In this document: positions 34,601 through 44,326 of the stretch, in pieces | How positions within the stretch are numbered: position 1 is the stretch's first letter | How the letters are laid out: each line of letters opens with the position of its first letter | Assembly (NCBI GenBank): GCA_019828565.1 | Contig: JAHDYR010000004.1 | Location: 372,001 to 436,000 of the forward strand | DNA from: Carpediemonas membranifera BICM | Taxonomy: Eukaryota > Protista > Fornicata | DNA length: 64,000 nucleotides | Direction of reading: 5' to 3' | Notes under the pieces: model-generated | Database searches by the model: none | Told to the model about the DNA's origin: nothing | What the model saw: only the letters and a program-made list of their open reading frames with translations | Made by a program: the position numbers and the translations under genes

Positions 34601-35485
34601 ACAACAGGCGGTGACATCGCGATATTCGATCTCGAGATCGGATCCGGGCCTAGTTACGACGGGATCTCGCTCTCGTCGATGACGGCGGTCTTCAAGGACG
34701 CCCTGGTGGGCCTGGCGGTCACCACGCACGACGAGAAGAGGACCATCCTCGCCCTGTCGGCGGAGGGCAGACTCAGATGCATCCTGGCCGACACACGCGA
34801 GATCCTGTGGGAGGTGGGGCTGTCCCCTGACTTCGGCTACCCTACCTGCATGACCCTCGACTCTACACGACCCATCTGGGTCGCGGTGGGCACGTCGGGC
34901 GGTTGTGTCAACATCATTGACTGCAGATTCAGGGCTATCGCGTGTACTTTACACATTGGAAGCTTTATCACTGATATGGCCTCGACCGCGACGGGAGATA
35001 GTCCCGAGATCTTTGCGGCTGCCGGGGATTCTGTTTGGGCGATCCGGTTCCAAGACGGCGGCAACTGGGCGCCCTTTGGCCACTTTACGGTGACACCCGG
35101 AGACCCCCACACTGCCCCTGCCCCGACACTCCCGACCCCCTTCATCACACGCGGGACCATGCCCCTGCTGCGGCCAGCCCCGGGGACGAGCACGGCGAGG
35201 GTCACCTCTGTCGACGTGGTTCAGTCTGACGTCGGCGGGGAGGCGCTCGTGCTCGTCGGGACCGCGGCCCGGGTCTTCGCCCTCACATTTACTGCCCCAC
35301 TCGACCCGACCCCAATCCCAGCGGGCGAGATCACCTGCAAGAGCACCGAGGATGACGGCGTCGTGACCATAATCTGCCACGACGACGGCGGGTCTGGCTG
35401 GCCCAACGACGTCGCGGTCATCGGGTCCCAGGTGCCCATGGTGCTTGTCGGGATGCGGACTGGGTGGGTCCACCTCTTTACTTGA
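31613..35485 (+). CDS. VPS15: Vps15 / PIK3R4 (kinase-like domain, HEAT repeats, WD40)
   Basis: MGQ myristoylation start; [38 protein letters not shown]; domain order matches Vps15. Confidence 0.93.
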   Translation: [1290 protein letters not shown]

Positions 35486-35514
35486 GCTGCTTGCTCTGTT
35501 TACTTGTCTAAACT

Positions 35515-36474
35515 CTAGTCCAGCGCGCTGTGCCGTTTTAGGGAGAAGGCGGAGGCGGTCTTCGTGTACAGCCCGTCCCGCATGATGAAGGCAGTCTGGT
35601 CGAAGCACACCGCCTCGAACGCCTCTTGGATGCCGACGTCGACGATCCTTGGGCTCGCGACGACCTTCCTGTTGCCCGAGCTGTCGATGAAGCGGCCGCC
35701 CTCGTCGATGATGACGTATGAGTCTCGCATCACCTCGTTTGTCTCGGGAATCAGCACCGGACTGCCCTGGCGGGAAATAAAGTCTTCAAAGTCCGCCCTG
35801 GTTGGGACGAGGGTGGTCGCCTCGGCAGCCCGCTCGCCCTCAAGTGGGAGCATCTCAAAGGCCTTCCAGCGAGAGGCGCCGAGCTCCTCAACTAGTGCGG
35901 CCATCTGCTCGCCTTGGTTGGCCGACGTGATCACGGTGTTAACCTTGACCGCGATGCCCATGGCCTTGCATGCAGCAGCCAGCTCCCTTGCATGGGCCGC
36001 CACGTCGTATGCAGCGCCCTTCCCATGCTTGGGTCTGAAGCCCATGGTCTCGCACGTGCTAGCATCTGCAGAGTGCAGGGAGAGCCCGAGGATGTCGAGG
36101 GCTGGGGCGGCCTCCCTCAGCCAGGCCGGGGTGAGCTTGGACCCGTTGCTGATGACAGAGACGATTGGGATGCCCTGCTGCTTAGCGTGGCGGATGAGGG
36201 TGAGCAGCTCGGCCAAGAAGAGCGACGGCTCGCCTCCTGAGAAGTTGAGTTTGCGGCAACCGGCCGCAGCGAGGATGTTGATGGTTTTCTTGAGAAGAGG
36301 CACATCAGGGCGCTTAGCAACGCCCATCGATGCCCCATGGAAGCAGAATTTGCAACCGAAGTTGCATACTCGCGTCAAATGGATGTTGACGGAGATGAAG
36401 GGGTTAGGTTTGGCAGCAGATGTTCTGCAGCCGGTCATAATAGCTTGTTTCTTGTTCGTTGATTCAATAGTCAT
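35515..36474 (-). CDS. RSAD2: Viperin (RSAD2)-family radical SAM ddhNTP synthase; start at 36474 or 36438
   Basis: SVNIHLTRVCNFGCKFCFH, KLNFSGGEP, SVISNGS, KVNTVI, RWKAFE, ETNEVMRDSYVIIDEGGRFID, F..RDGLY. Confidence 0.92.
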   Translation of the reverse strand: MTIESTNKKQAIMTGCRTSAAKPNPFISVNIHLTRVCNFGCKFCFHGASMGVAKRPDVPLLKKTINILAAAGCRKLNFSGGEPSLFLAELLTLIRHAKQQGIPIVSVISNGSKLTPAWLREAAPALDILGLSLHSADASTCETMGFRPKHGKGAAYDVAAHARELAAACKAMGIAVKVNTVITSANQGEQMAALVEELGASRWKAFEMLPLEGERAAEATTLVPTRADFEDFISRQGSPVLIPETNEVMRDSYVIIDEGGRFIDSSGNRKVVASPRIVDVGIQEAFEAVCFDQTAFIMRDGLYTKTASAFSLKRHSALD

Positions 36475-36799
36475 CTTTCTTAGTTGTATTGTTTCGCGTG
36501 TGGCCTGGTCACGCGTCGTCGTCACGCGTGGTCAAATCCAGAGATACAAAAGTAGATACACAATTATAAAGCAGCTTATCGCAGCCACTGAAGTCCCTGC
36601 ACCCTTGCCAGCGATTGATCCACGAGCGCTGTCCCAGCAAGCATTCCCCAGTCGGGAGAGGGGTCGCGCATGGACTTAATATGCCCACTCACAGACCTCA
36701 GTCAACCTGCATGCCAACCAGATACACTGTCTCAGGCCGTCGGGATGATTCAATCAGTGGATTACCCTTAGCAGTCTCAGTTGGGAAGAATCACAAGTC

Positions 36800-38980
36800 A
36801 TGTCATCCGACAATGATGAGGCTACGTCCACATCCCACAGCATTCCGTTCGAACGAGCAGATATAGAGGTAACTGTGCATGATTTGGACATCGTGGATGC
36901 CGATGCGATCCCAATAGCAGATGAGGACGGGATTACGATCGAGAACACGCCCGCATCGCCGTCACTCAGTGGATTCGATGAAGAGAGGCCAACTAAGCGG
37001 CGCTGGGAGTTTGTTATCGTCTTCACGCCCAAGAAGAGGGCCAAGACGCTTTTCCAGAGCCTCGAGACTCTCATCCCCGGCGATCTTGCCGCGATCAAGG
37101 ACGCAAATGGCATTATGGCACGTCTCAACTCCCATGCAGGCTTGCGCCGTGGTTTTGTGGAGATCCTCACGGAGCAGGGGTTAGATGTGAAGCAGTCGGC
37201 ATACACAGATGGTTCGTCCGTCATCGTGCGACTGGGGGCCTCGAAGGCCACGCTGATGAATCTGGCAGAGAAGGAGGGTCTTGTGAAGGTGGGGACGGAC
37301 GGCTGGACACGCCGCTTCACCGTTGCCTCGGCCCGTCTGTTCCGGCATACGGAGCACGGCGACCTGTTCACCGCGAGGGAGCGGCAGGAGCTCATCCTCA
37401 ACGCCGTCTACACCTCTCCTCTGTTCAAGCACAGCCAGGGCTTCCGGCTCGAGCGAGTGGTGGCCGCCGCCGTACCCCTCCACAACCCCGAGGAGCTCGC
37501 GGGATTCTACCGACCGTGGCTGAAGTGCCTGACGCTGTCCCAGCACGCCAAGCTTCTGGACCGCGTGGACGCGTACATGGGGGAGGAGGTGGCCTTCTAC
37601 TTCGCCTTCATGGTCCACTACACGCGCTGGCTCATCCCACTCACTGTAATCGGGGGCGCCATGGCTGTGCTGAAGATCTCGAGCACGCTGGACTCATCAT
37701 TGCTCATCCCGACCTTCGATCTCCTCGTGATGGTCTGGATGATGGCCTTCCTGGAAGTCTGGCGCCGCCATGAGAAGAAGTACGCATACCGCTGGGGCAC
37801 GCTGGACAAGTCCTTCAACACGGGCAGGGTAAGACCCCAGTTCGACGGGAGGGTGCAGTTTAACGAGAACACGGGCCGGTACGAGCGGGTCTTTCCCCCG
37901 TGGAAGCGACGGGCGCGGCAGCTCTTCGTCTCTCTCCCCGCCCAGGGCGTCTGTCTTGGTCTTATCCTGCTGATGCTGTACATAGCGATCAATACGGGCG
38001 CCGTGGTGGCCCTGGTGCCGTATCTACGGGTCGTCAACTGGGTCATCAGCCCTCTGCTGTACGGCATCTTCATCCCGCTGTTCAGGGCCATCTACCGCCG
38101 CATGGCGATATTCTTCAACGGCTACGAGAACCACGAGACGGTGGAGCTCTTCGAGATGTCCCTTGCATGGAAGCTCTTCATCGTCCACTTCATCACCATC
38201 AACGTCCCCATCGCCTACGCCGCCTTCGTGGTGAAGTCCGCCGACCAGGTCCGCTCCCTGATCATCGGGTCGTTCGTCGTCTCGCAGTTTACCGGCTTAT
38301 TTGCCGAACTATTCATGCCTCTGCTCAAGAAGTTCCAGGCCCACGTCCAGTCCAAGTTCGTTCTCAAGAACAAGGGCTCTGAGCCCAACCGGCCCAGCGC
38401 GGTCCGGCAGTATTACAGCTGGGTGTACTACCGCTCGGACGATATGGTTGACATGACGAACCAGATCTGCGCCATAGTCCTGCTCAGCCACCCATTCCCT
38501 CTTGTAGCCGGGCTGGCACTGATTAATAACATGTTTGAGATCAAGACGGACATGTTCAAGCTCGTCCGGCTGTGCCAGCGCCCCGTTGCGGCCCCCAGCC
38601 AGAGCCTCTACCCCTGGAGCGGCATACTGCTCGTCATCTCATTCCTGGCCGTCATCACTAACGCACTGTACATATCCGGATCACAGATGTCCTGGTTCGT
38701 CAAGCTGCCAGCATCACAGCGATTTATCGTTGGTGTCGTCATCGAGCATATCGTCATCGTCGCCAAGGTCGCATTTATTTTTATTACACCAGCGACACCC
38801 CGCAAGATCGCCAAGAAGATCAAGGAGAACCGGGTTCGCCAGCAGCGGGAGATGCTGAGCCCCGCCCCGACGGCCCCGGCCCTGTCCATCCTGCTCGACG
38901 GGGAGGGCACCGGGTATACGACGTCGCATGCATCCGATATTCTCGATGAGGAGGAGGATGATACCGAGATCAGCCTGTAA
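36800..38980 (+). CDS. Anoctamin / TMEM16 family channel or scramblase
   Basis: YMGEEVAFYFAF, FLEVWRR...WG, ENHET, LALINNMFEIKTDMFKL, EHIV. Confidence 0.93.
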   Translation: MSSDNDEATSTSHSIPFERADIEVTVHDLDIVDADAIPIADEDGITIENTPASPSLSGFDEERPTKRRWEFVIVFTPKKRAKTLFQSLETLIPGDLAAIKDANGIMARLNSHAGLRRGFVEILTEQGLDVKQSAYTDGSSVIVRLGASKATLMNLAEKEGLVKVGTDGWTRRFTVASARLFRHTEHGDLFTARERQELILNAVYTSPLFKHSQGFRLERVVAAAVPLHNPEELAGFYRPWLKCLTLSQHAKLLDRVDAYMGEEVAFYFAFMVHYTRWLIPLTVIGGAMAVLKISSTLDSSLLIPTFDLLVMVWMMAFLEVWRRHEKKYAYRWGTLDKSFNTGRVRPQFDGRVQFNENTGRYERVFPPWKRRARQLFVSLPAQGVCLGLILLMLYIAINTGAVVALVPYLRVVNWVISPLLYGIFIPLFRAIYRRMAIFFNGYENHETVELFEMSLAWKLFIVHFITINVPIAYAAFVVKSADQVRSLIIGSFVVSQFTGLFAELFMPLLKKFQAHVQSKFVLKNKGSEPNRPSAVRQYYSWVYYRSDDMVDMTNQICAIVLLSHPFPLVAGLALINNMFEIKTDMFKLVRLCQRPVAAPSQSLYPWSGILLVISFLAVITNALYISGSQMSWFVKLPASQRFIVGVVIEHIVIVAKVAFIFITPATPRKIAKKIKENRVRQQREMLSPAPTAPALSILLDGEGTGYTTSHASDILDEEEDDTEISL

Positions 38981-39206
38981 ATTATTCATTCATGGGGAGA
39001 GGACGGCGTGTCTGAGGTTGACTGGAAAATCATGCGGGGACTGGAAATGAAGCTCTGCCTGCAGCGTTCTATACCCCAGACTAGAGAGCAACCACGTTAT
39101 TTCGTCCCAATGCGTCGTGCTACGCCTCGCTTGGAAGGAGCTGCATTTTTTCCTACAATTTTTTCTTGCACTTTTTTTTTCATGCTCGCAACAGTCCTCG
39201 TCCCGA

Positions 39207-39628
39207 ATGGTCCGTTCTAGCGTACTTTTAGACTTATTCAGGCTTTCAAGCGTTTCGTTCAGGTTGGTCGCCTCTGTGTCGTCAACTACGGCGCCGAAGT
39301 TGGCAAGCTCTGTGTCATTGTCGACATTGTTGACGCTTCCCGCGTTATCGTTGACGGCCCCACCACTGGCTTCGAGCGTAAGGTCATGTCCCTTAAGGCT
39401 CTGTCCCTGACCAAGGTTACTGCCGATGTTTCCCGTGGCATCCGCCAGAAGAAGCTCGCCGCCGCCCTTGAGGAGCAGAAGGTGATTGAGAAGTTCAACG
39501 AGTCCACCTGGGGCCAGAAGAAGCTCGCTGCCGCCAAGCGCGCCTCTCTTAACGATTTTGACCGCTTCAAGGTTATGCTTCTCAAGAAGGAGCGCTCCGT
39601 CGCCATCAAGAAGGCCATGAAGCAGTAA
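39207..39628 (+). CDS. RPL14: 60S ribosomal protein L14 (eL14); 32-nt intron at 39210-39241
   Basis: Spliced product M/AFKRFVQVGRLCVVNYG...IVDIVD...VDGP; LNDFDRFKVM. Confidence 0.95.
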
Positions 39629-39887
39629 ATCTACCCTACGGTGTAAAGGTACGCGTTATTAATGTTCTAGCTCTGTTCCGAGGGATACTGGTGTCTTGGG
39701 GAGACTGGAGGACGGGTTGAGTGTCTCCCCTCAAAGAGCCAAGCCGCGAATGCGCGATTTTGACCCGTAAAAACCACAGCCGTGCTTCCGAGGCTGTCTT
39801 AGGGACAGTGCCGCCCACACAAGCACCGGATATCCCGATATTCAGCTACTTTTTTTTCTGCATGAAGAAAAGTTGTCGAGACAGCTG

Positions 39888-40601
39888 ATGGCTAACCTTG
39901 CCAAGAACCCCGTCGTTAAGCTTTACCTTACCCTTTACAACATTGCCTCCTTCATTGGCTGGGGCTGCGGCCTCGTGTTCACCATCCAGGCGCTCGCCTG
40001 CAAGCAGGACTTCTCTCAGTCCTTCGCTCTTGCCTTCCCCTACATCCAGATCTTCCAGACCACCATGCTCCTTGAGGTCGTCCACTCCCTGATCGGTTTC
40101 GTCCGCTCTCCCTTCATGACGACGCTCATGCAGGTCCTCTCCCGCATCTTCCTCGTGTGGGTCATCCTCTTCCCCACCAACGCCGTCACCGAGGCCGTCC
40201 GCGTCTTCCCCTCTGTCAGCACCATGTTCATCGCCTGGAGCATCACCGAATGTGTCCGCTACTCCTTCTACGCCATCAACCTCTGGACCACCGTCCCCTG
40301 GCCTCTCCAGTGGGTCCGCTACTCCGCCTTCTTCATCCTCTACCCTCTCGGCGCCGGATCCGAGATGGTCTGCGCTCTGTACGCCGCCTACCTCTACCTC
40401 AAGAACCCCGAGCTCGAGATGTTCGCCGTCCCCATCGGCAGCACCGGCTACACTCTCAAGGCCTCTTACCTCATCCTGGCCGGGTGCTCCACCTACATCC
40501 CTGGCTTCCCCAAGCTTTACTTCTACATGGTCAGCCAGCGCAAGAAGATCATGCGCAAGCACCGCGAGGAGAAGAAGCAGGTCTCTAAGAAGTCCGAGTA
40601 A
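39888..40601 (+). CDS. PHS1: Very-long-chain 3-hydroxyacyl-CoA dehydratase (HACD/PHS1/PTPLA)
   Basis: YLTLYN, LEVVHSLIGFVRS, QVLSR, AWSITECVRYSFY, WVRYSAFFILYPLG..E, LYFYMVSQRKK. Confidence 0.93.
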   Translation: MANLAKNPVVKLYLTLYNIASFIGWGCGLVFTIQALACKQDFSQSFALAFPYIQIFQTTMLLEVVHSLIGFVRSPFMTTLMQVLSRIFLVWVILFPTNAVTEAVRVFPSVSTMFIAWSITECVRYSFYAINLWTTVPWPLQWVRYSAFFILYPLGAGSEMVCALYAAYLYLKNPELEMFAVPIGSTGYTLKASYLILAGCSTYIPGFPKLYFYMVSQRKKIMRKHREEKKQVSKKSE

Positions 40602-40851
40602 GCTCTGTTGATGATAATAAAGTTAAGAAAGATGCTGGGGGCGAGTTAGTAGTGGTTTGGCCGACCATTCTTAGCAGCTGCCCGGTCGTGCGAAGTCCAC
40701 GGTGGGTTTGAGTCGGCACACCCCCAGAATTTAACCAGTGGCAGTGCAGCATCAGCGGGCCCTGCATTACGCCATCGGGGCTGTGTCTCATGGGGTTAAC
40801 TGGGTGTGCCGCGCTAAGTAGGGATACAGCCAACAGTAAATGAGTTTCTAA

Positions 40852-41127
40852 ACAAGTACAACCGCGTCAAACCAACGGTGATCAACCTGCGGCCAGAAGG
40901 CTCTAACATCCCGATGTGCGCGTCCAAGGCCGTCACATTCCTGGCGTCCGCTGGTGCGAGCCTCTGGCTGTGCCGCGCAGGATTAGAATAAATGAGTCTA
41001 AAGTCAAGTTCAAGGAGGAACAGTACAAGCACTATCGCGTCAAACCAACTGTGATCAATCCGCGGCCGGATGGCTCCAACATCCCAATGTGCGCGTCCAA
41101 AGCTGCAGCATTCCTAGTTTCTGCTGG
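40852..41127 (+). repeat. Tandem ~100-bp diverged duplication encoding RVKPTVINxRPxGSNIPMCASKA; coding relic
   Basis: Copies at about 40852-40953 and 41025-41127 with many third-position differences. Confidence 0.75.
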
Positions 41128-41372
41128 AGAGAGAACCAAGATCCCACCCAGAACCGTCGCTCTTACCATCGCCGACGCCCTCATGTCCGCTACCCTTCTG
41201 GTGTACGACAGGTGGGCCGTCAGACTGAACCTGTTCAGTCCTCTGGAGTTCATCCCAGGGGGGTCGACAGCCTAAGTCACCTTTGCATGAATCCTCCACA
41301 TAAACCCTCTAAATACCACTCTGGCTGTGCCATAATCTGCACATCAGCTTTTGCCGTCCACCGTTCCAAGTG

Positions 41373-42585
41373 ATGAACAAGAACACGGTACGGAACGCAG
41401 TTTGCATAATTCCGAACCGTCTATACTTCGTGAGCCTTACGACAGTTCCACCTGACACGGATGACGCGCATTACTTCTCAACTGACCAAACACTCATCTA
41501 TGAACCTTTTGAACTCGATTTCGGCCCATTGAATGCGGGCCGGTTATACAAGTATTGCTGCATGGTTACAGCCAAGCTCAGAAGTCCACAATACAAAGAC
41601 AAACGCATCTTTGTTGTAACATCGCTCGACGGCCAAAAACGGGCAAATGCTGCGGTGCTCATCGTTGCATACGCCGTCCTGATACTCAAGAGGACCCCAG
41701 AGGAGGCATACCGCCCGTTCCTGGGCTGTTATCCCCCCTTTGTCCCATTCCGCGACGCCAGCACCGCCGTCTCCACATTCAACCTCACCGTCCTCGACTG
41801 CGTCCGGGGCCTCGGCAGGGCTGTCTCAGCGGGTCTGTTCGACATCCAGACCTTCGACGTGGACTCCTACCAGTTCTACGAGCGGGTGGAGAATGGCGAC
41901 ATGAACTGGATAGTCCCCTCCCGATTCCTGGCATTCGCCGGCCCCAGTGCCAAGCCAGGCCCCCACGACCACCCGTTCACGCCCGAGGACTACGTGCCGT
42001 ACTTCAAGAAGCACGGACTCAAGGGCGTCGTGAGGCTGAACAAGAAGCTCTACAGTCGGACCTCGTTTACCCGGCACGGCATCGACCACCTTGACATCTA
42101 CTTCCCGGACGGCGCAGTGCCTCCCGAGGACCTCGTGCGCCGCTTCCTGGAGTACTGCGAGTCGACTGACGGCCCGATCGCCGTCCACTGTTGGTACCAC
42201 ACCACCCTCTCACACAGGCAAGGCCGGGCTTGGCCGCACAGGCACCCTCATCGCGTGCTACCTGATGAAACACCACCGCTTCACTGCCGCCGAGGTGATT
42301 GGCTTCATCCGTATCATGCGGCCCGGGTCCATCATCGGGCCGCAGCAGCACTTCCTCCAGCACATCCAGCAGCGGCTGTGGCACGAGGGCGAGCGGTATC
42401 TGAAGAAGAAGAATGCAGGAGCGGCGGCACTGCTGTCCCCGGAGGCGCCCTTGGTCAAGGAGGACCTCATCGCCGGCATCGAGCGGATGACTGTTCGGGA
42501 CCACCCCCATAGCCCCCACAAGGCCGGGGCAGCCCACAAGGACCCGGCGGTGGTGCCGACGACACCCGGTATGTACAAGAGATAG
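41373..42585 (+). CDS. CDC14: Cdc14 dual-specificity phosphatase; 28-nt intron at 42190-42217
   Basis: [36 protein letters not shown]. Splicing restores [21 protein letters not shown]. Confidence 0.95.
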
Positions 42586-42732
42586 ATCAAAGACGGTGGA
42601 TGATGGACACGAAGTAAAGGAATGATATGACGCAGTGGGAGAGGCAACGTGGGGATGCTGGGGGTCACACCGTTTGAATTACTCATTGTTTGCGCAAACC
42701 TGTCAAAACATCATTTCTTCCTATTCGCCTGA

Positions 42733-43476
42733 ATGCCGCGTCCTCCGCGCCAGCCAAAAGAGAAATTGGCATTTGACTCTCTATCGGAGCTTCGCAACTA
42801 TGTATTTTCCGAGGACACCGAGTGGAACACGAGCTGGAACAAAACAGGCGGTGGCGTCCGTCTCAATGGCGGAAAGAACGGGATAATGTCGGAAATGTGG
42901 AAGTGCAAGTGTGAGGCATGTAATGCCATCTACTGGATTGGTTCACAGCCCGATTCGACGGGGAAATGGCCCCTCTGGAAGATGGAGACACACTGCGACG
43001 TGGCACACAAGCATAACCCACCAAAACTGGCGTATAAGACGACCGAGGACGGCCGTAGGTGCCGTGGGCCTGGGTTGGACCCTTTTGCGCCACCTCCAGT
43101 GCCCAGTGAGGTTGCAGAGAGTGCGCCGCAGCCCGTGGTGAGTGAGAACAACGTATACCAGTACGTCCGCATGTCTCAGAAGCGCAGCATGTCCCGTAAG
43201 CGGCAACCCAAGCGGCTCCAGCGCAGTGCGCCACCACTGATCCAACAGCCCGAAGCGATGCAGCTGCCCCAGGCCCCCGCCGTGCCAGTGCCCCTGCCCC
43301 CGGGATGCGAGGTCAACAGTGAGGAGAGCGACATCGACCCACAGAACCTGCCGCTGCTGCCCGCGTCCAAGGACAGTGAGGGCGGGGTTCCGGACAGGGT
43401 GGTGTTCCCCATGGACGAGCCGGACGACAGGCCCCTAAACGTGCCGCCCTTCGTCCCCGTCGCCAAGAGCACTTGA
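42733..43476 (+). CDS. Hypothetical protein with a possible FAR1/WRKY-like C2H2 zinc-binding domain and Pro-rich tail
   Basis: FDSLSELRNY...CKCEACNAIYWI...W...HKH. Confidence 0.55.
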   Translation: MPRPPRQPKEKLAFDSLSELRNYVFSEDTEWNTSWNKTGGGVRLNGGKNGIMSEMWKCKCEACNAIYWIGSQPDSTGKWPLWKMETHCDVAHKHNPPKLAYKTTEDGRRCRGPGLDPFAPPPVPSEVAESAPQPVVSENNVYQYVRMSQKRSMSRKRQPKRLQRSAPPLIQQPEAMQLPQAPAVPVPLPPGCEVNSEESDIDPQNLPLLPASKDSEGGVPDRVVFPMDEPDDRPLNVPPFVPVAKST

Positions 43477-43594
43477 TCATATGATACATAAACACCAAGC
43501 ATCCGCGTCATCTTCGCAGATGAGGCAGTTGGCTGAATCGTTTAAGCAGAGTCAAAAGACAAAAAAGTTTATCCATCCATCATTTTCACCTCAC

Positions 43595-44326
43595 TTAAGC
43601 CACGCGCGGGGGGACGAACTCGCGAGTCCACTCTTGCTTGTCCTGAGTGCAGTCGGTGCTCCGGTGGCCCCAGCCGCCGCAGTTGTAGCAACGGGTGCCC
43701 TTATCAGAGTCGGGGCACTCGTCAGCGGTGTGGCCGTAGTTGCCGCACGTGAAGCAGGTGATGTCGCTGCGGTCACGGCGCCCGCGGTAGGGGGCATCGC
43801 GGCCACCACGGCGTCCACCGCTGGGGGCGTTGGGGCACTCAGCGGCACGGTGGCCAGACTGGCCACAGTTGAAGCAAGCACGGTCGTTGTTGCCGTGAGC
43901 GGGCTCAGAGCAGTCGGCAGAAAGGTGGCCGGTCTTGCCACAGTTGAAGCAACGGCGCTCGTCGTAGGACTCGGGGCACTCAGCAGCGCGGTGGCCAGGC
44001 TTACCGCACTTGAAGCAGCGGGGGCCGCCACGGCGGTCGCCACGGGATTCGTCGCGGGGCTCAGGGCACTCGAAGGCGCGGTGGCCGGGCTTGCCACAGT
44101 TGAAGCAAGTCTGCTCTCTACGGCCGCTGAAACGTCTCTCATCGTCTCTGTCACCAGGCTCGGGGCACTCAAAGGCACGGTGGCCGGGCTTGCCGCACTT
44201 GAAGCAAACATTGCTGCGGCCGCCGCCACGAGGGCCGTTGTCGCGCTCTCTCTTGGGCTCAGGGCACTCAAAAGCCCGGTGGCCAGGCTGTCCACAGTTA
44301 AAACACGTCCGCGTATCCCGCTCCAT
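43595..44326 (-). CDS. CNBP/Gis2-like nucleic-acid-binding protein with 8 CCHC zinc knuckles
   Basis: Eight CxxCGxxGHxxxxC repeats with RGG-rich linkers. Confidence 0.92.
   Translation of the reverse strand: MERDTRTCFNCGQPGHRAFECPEPKRERDNGPRGGGRSNVCFKCGKPGHRAFECPEPGDRDDERRFSGRREQTCFNCGKPGHRAFECPEPRDESRGDRRGGPRCFKCGKPGHRAAECPESYDERRCFNCGKTGHLSADCSEPAHGNNDRACFNCGQSGHRAAECPNAPSGGRRGGRDAPYRGRRDRSDITCFTCGNYGHTADECPDSDKGTRCYNCGGWGHRSTDCTQDKQEWTREFVPPRVA

Noticed and set aside
42190-42217. Apparent frameshift in the Cdc14 active site
   Set aside because: Explained by a 28-nt GT-AG intron.
43680-44310. Regularly spaced ~40-bp repeats resembling a CRISPR array
   Set aside because: They encode the CCHC knuckles of the CNBP-like protein; eukaryotic context and no cas genes.
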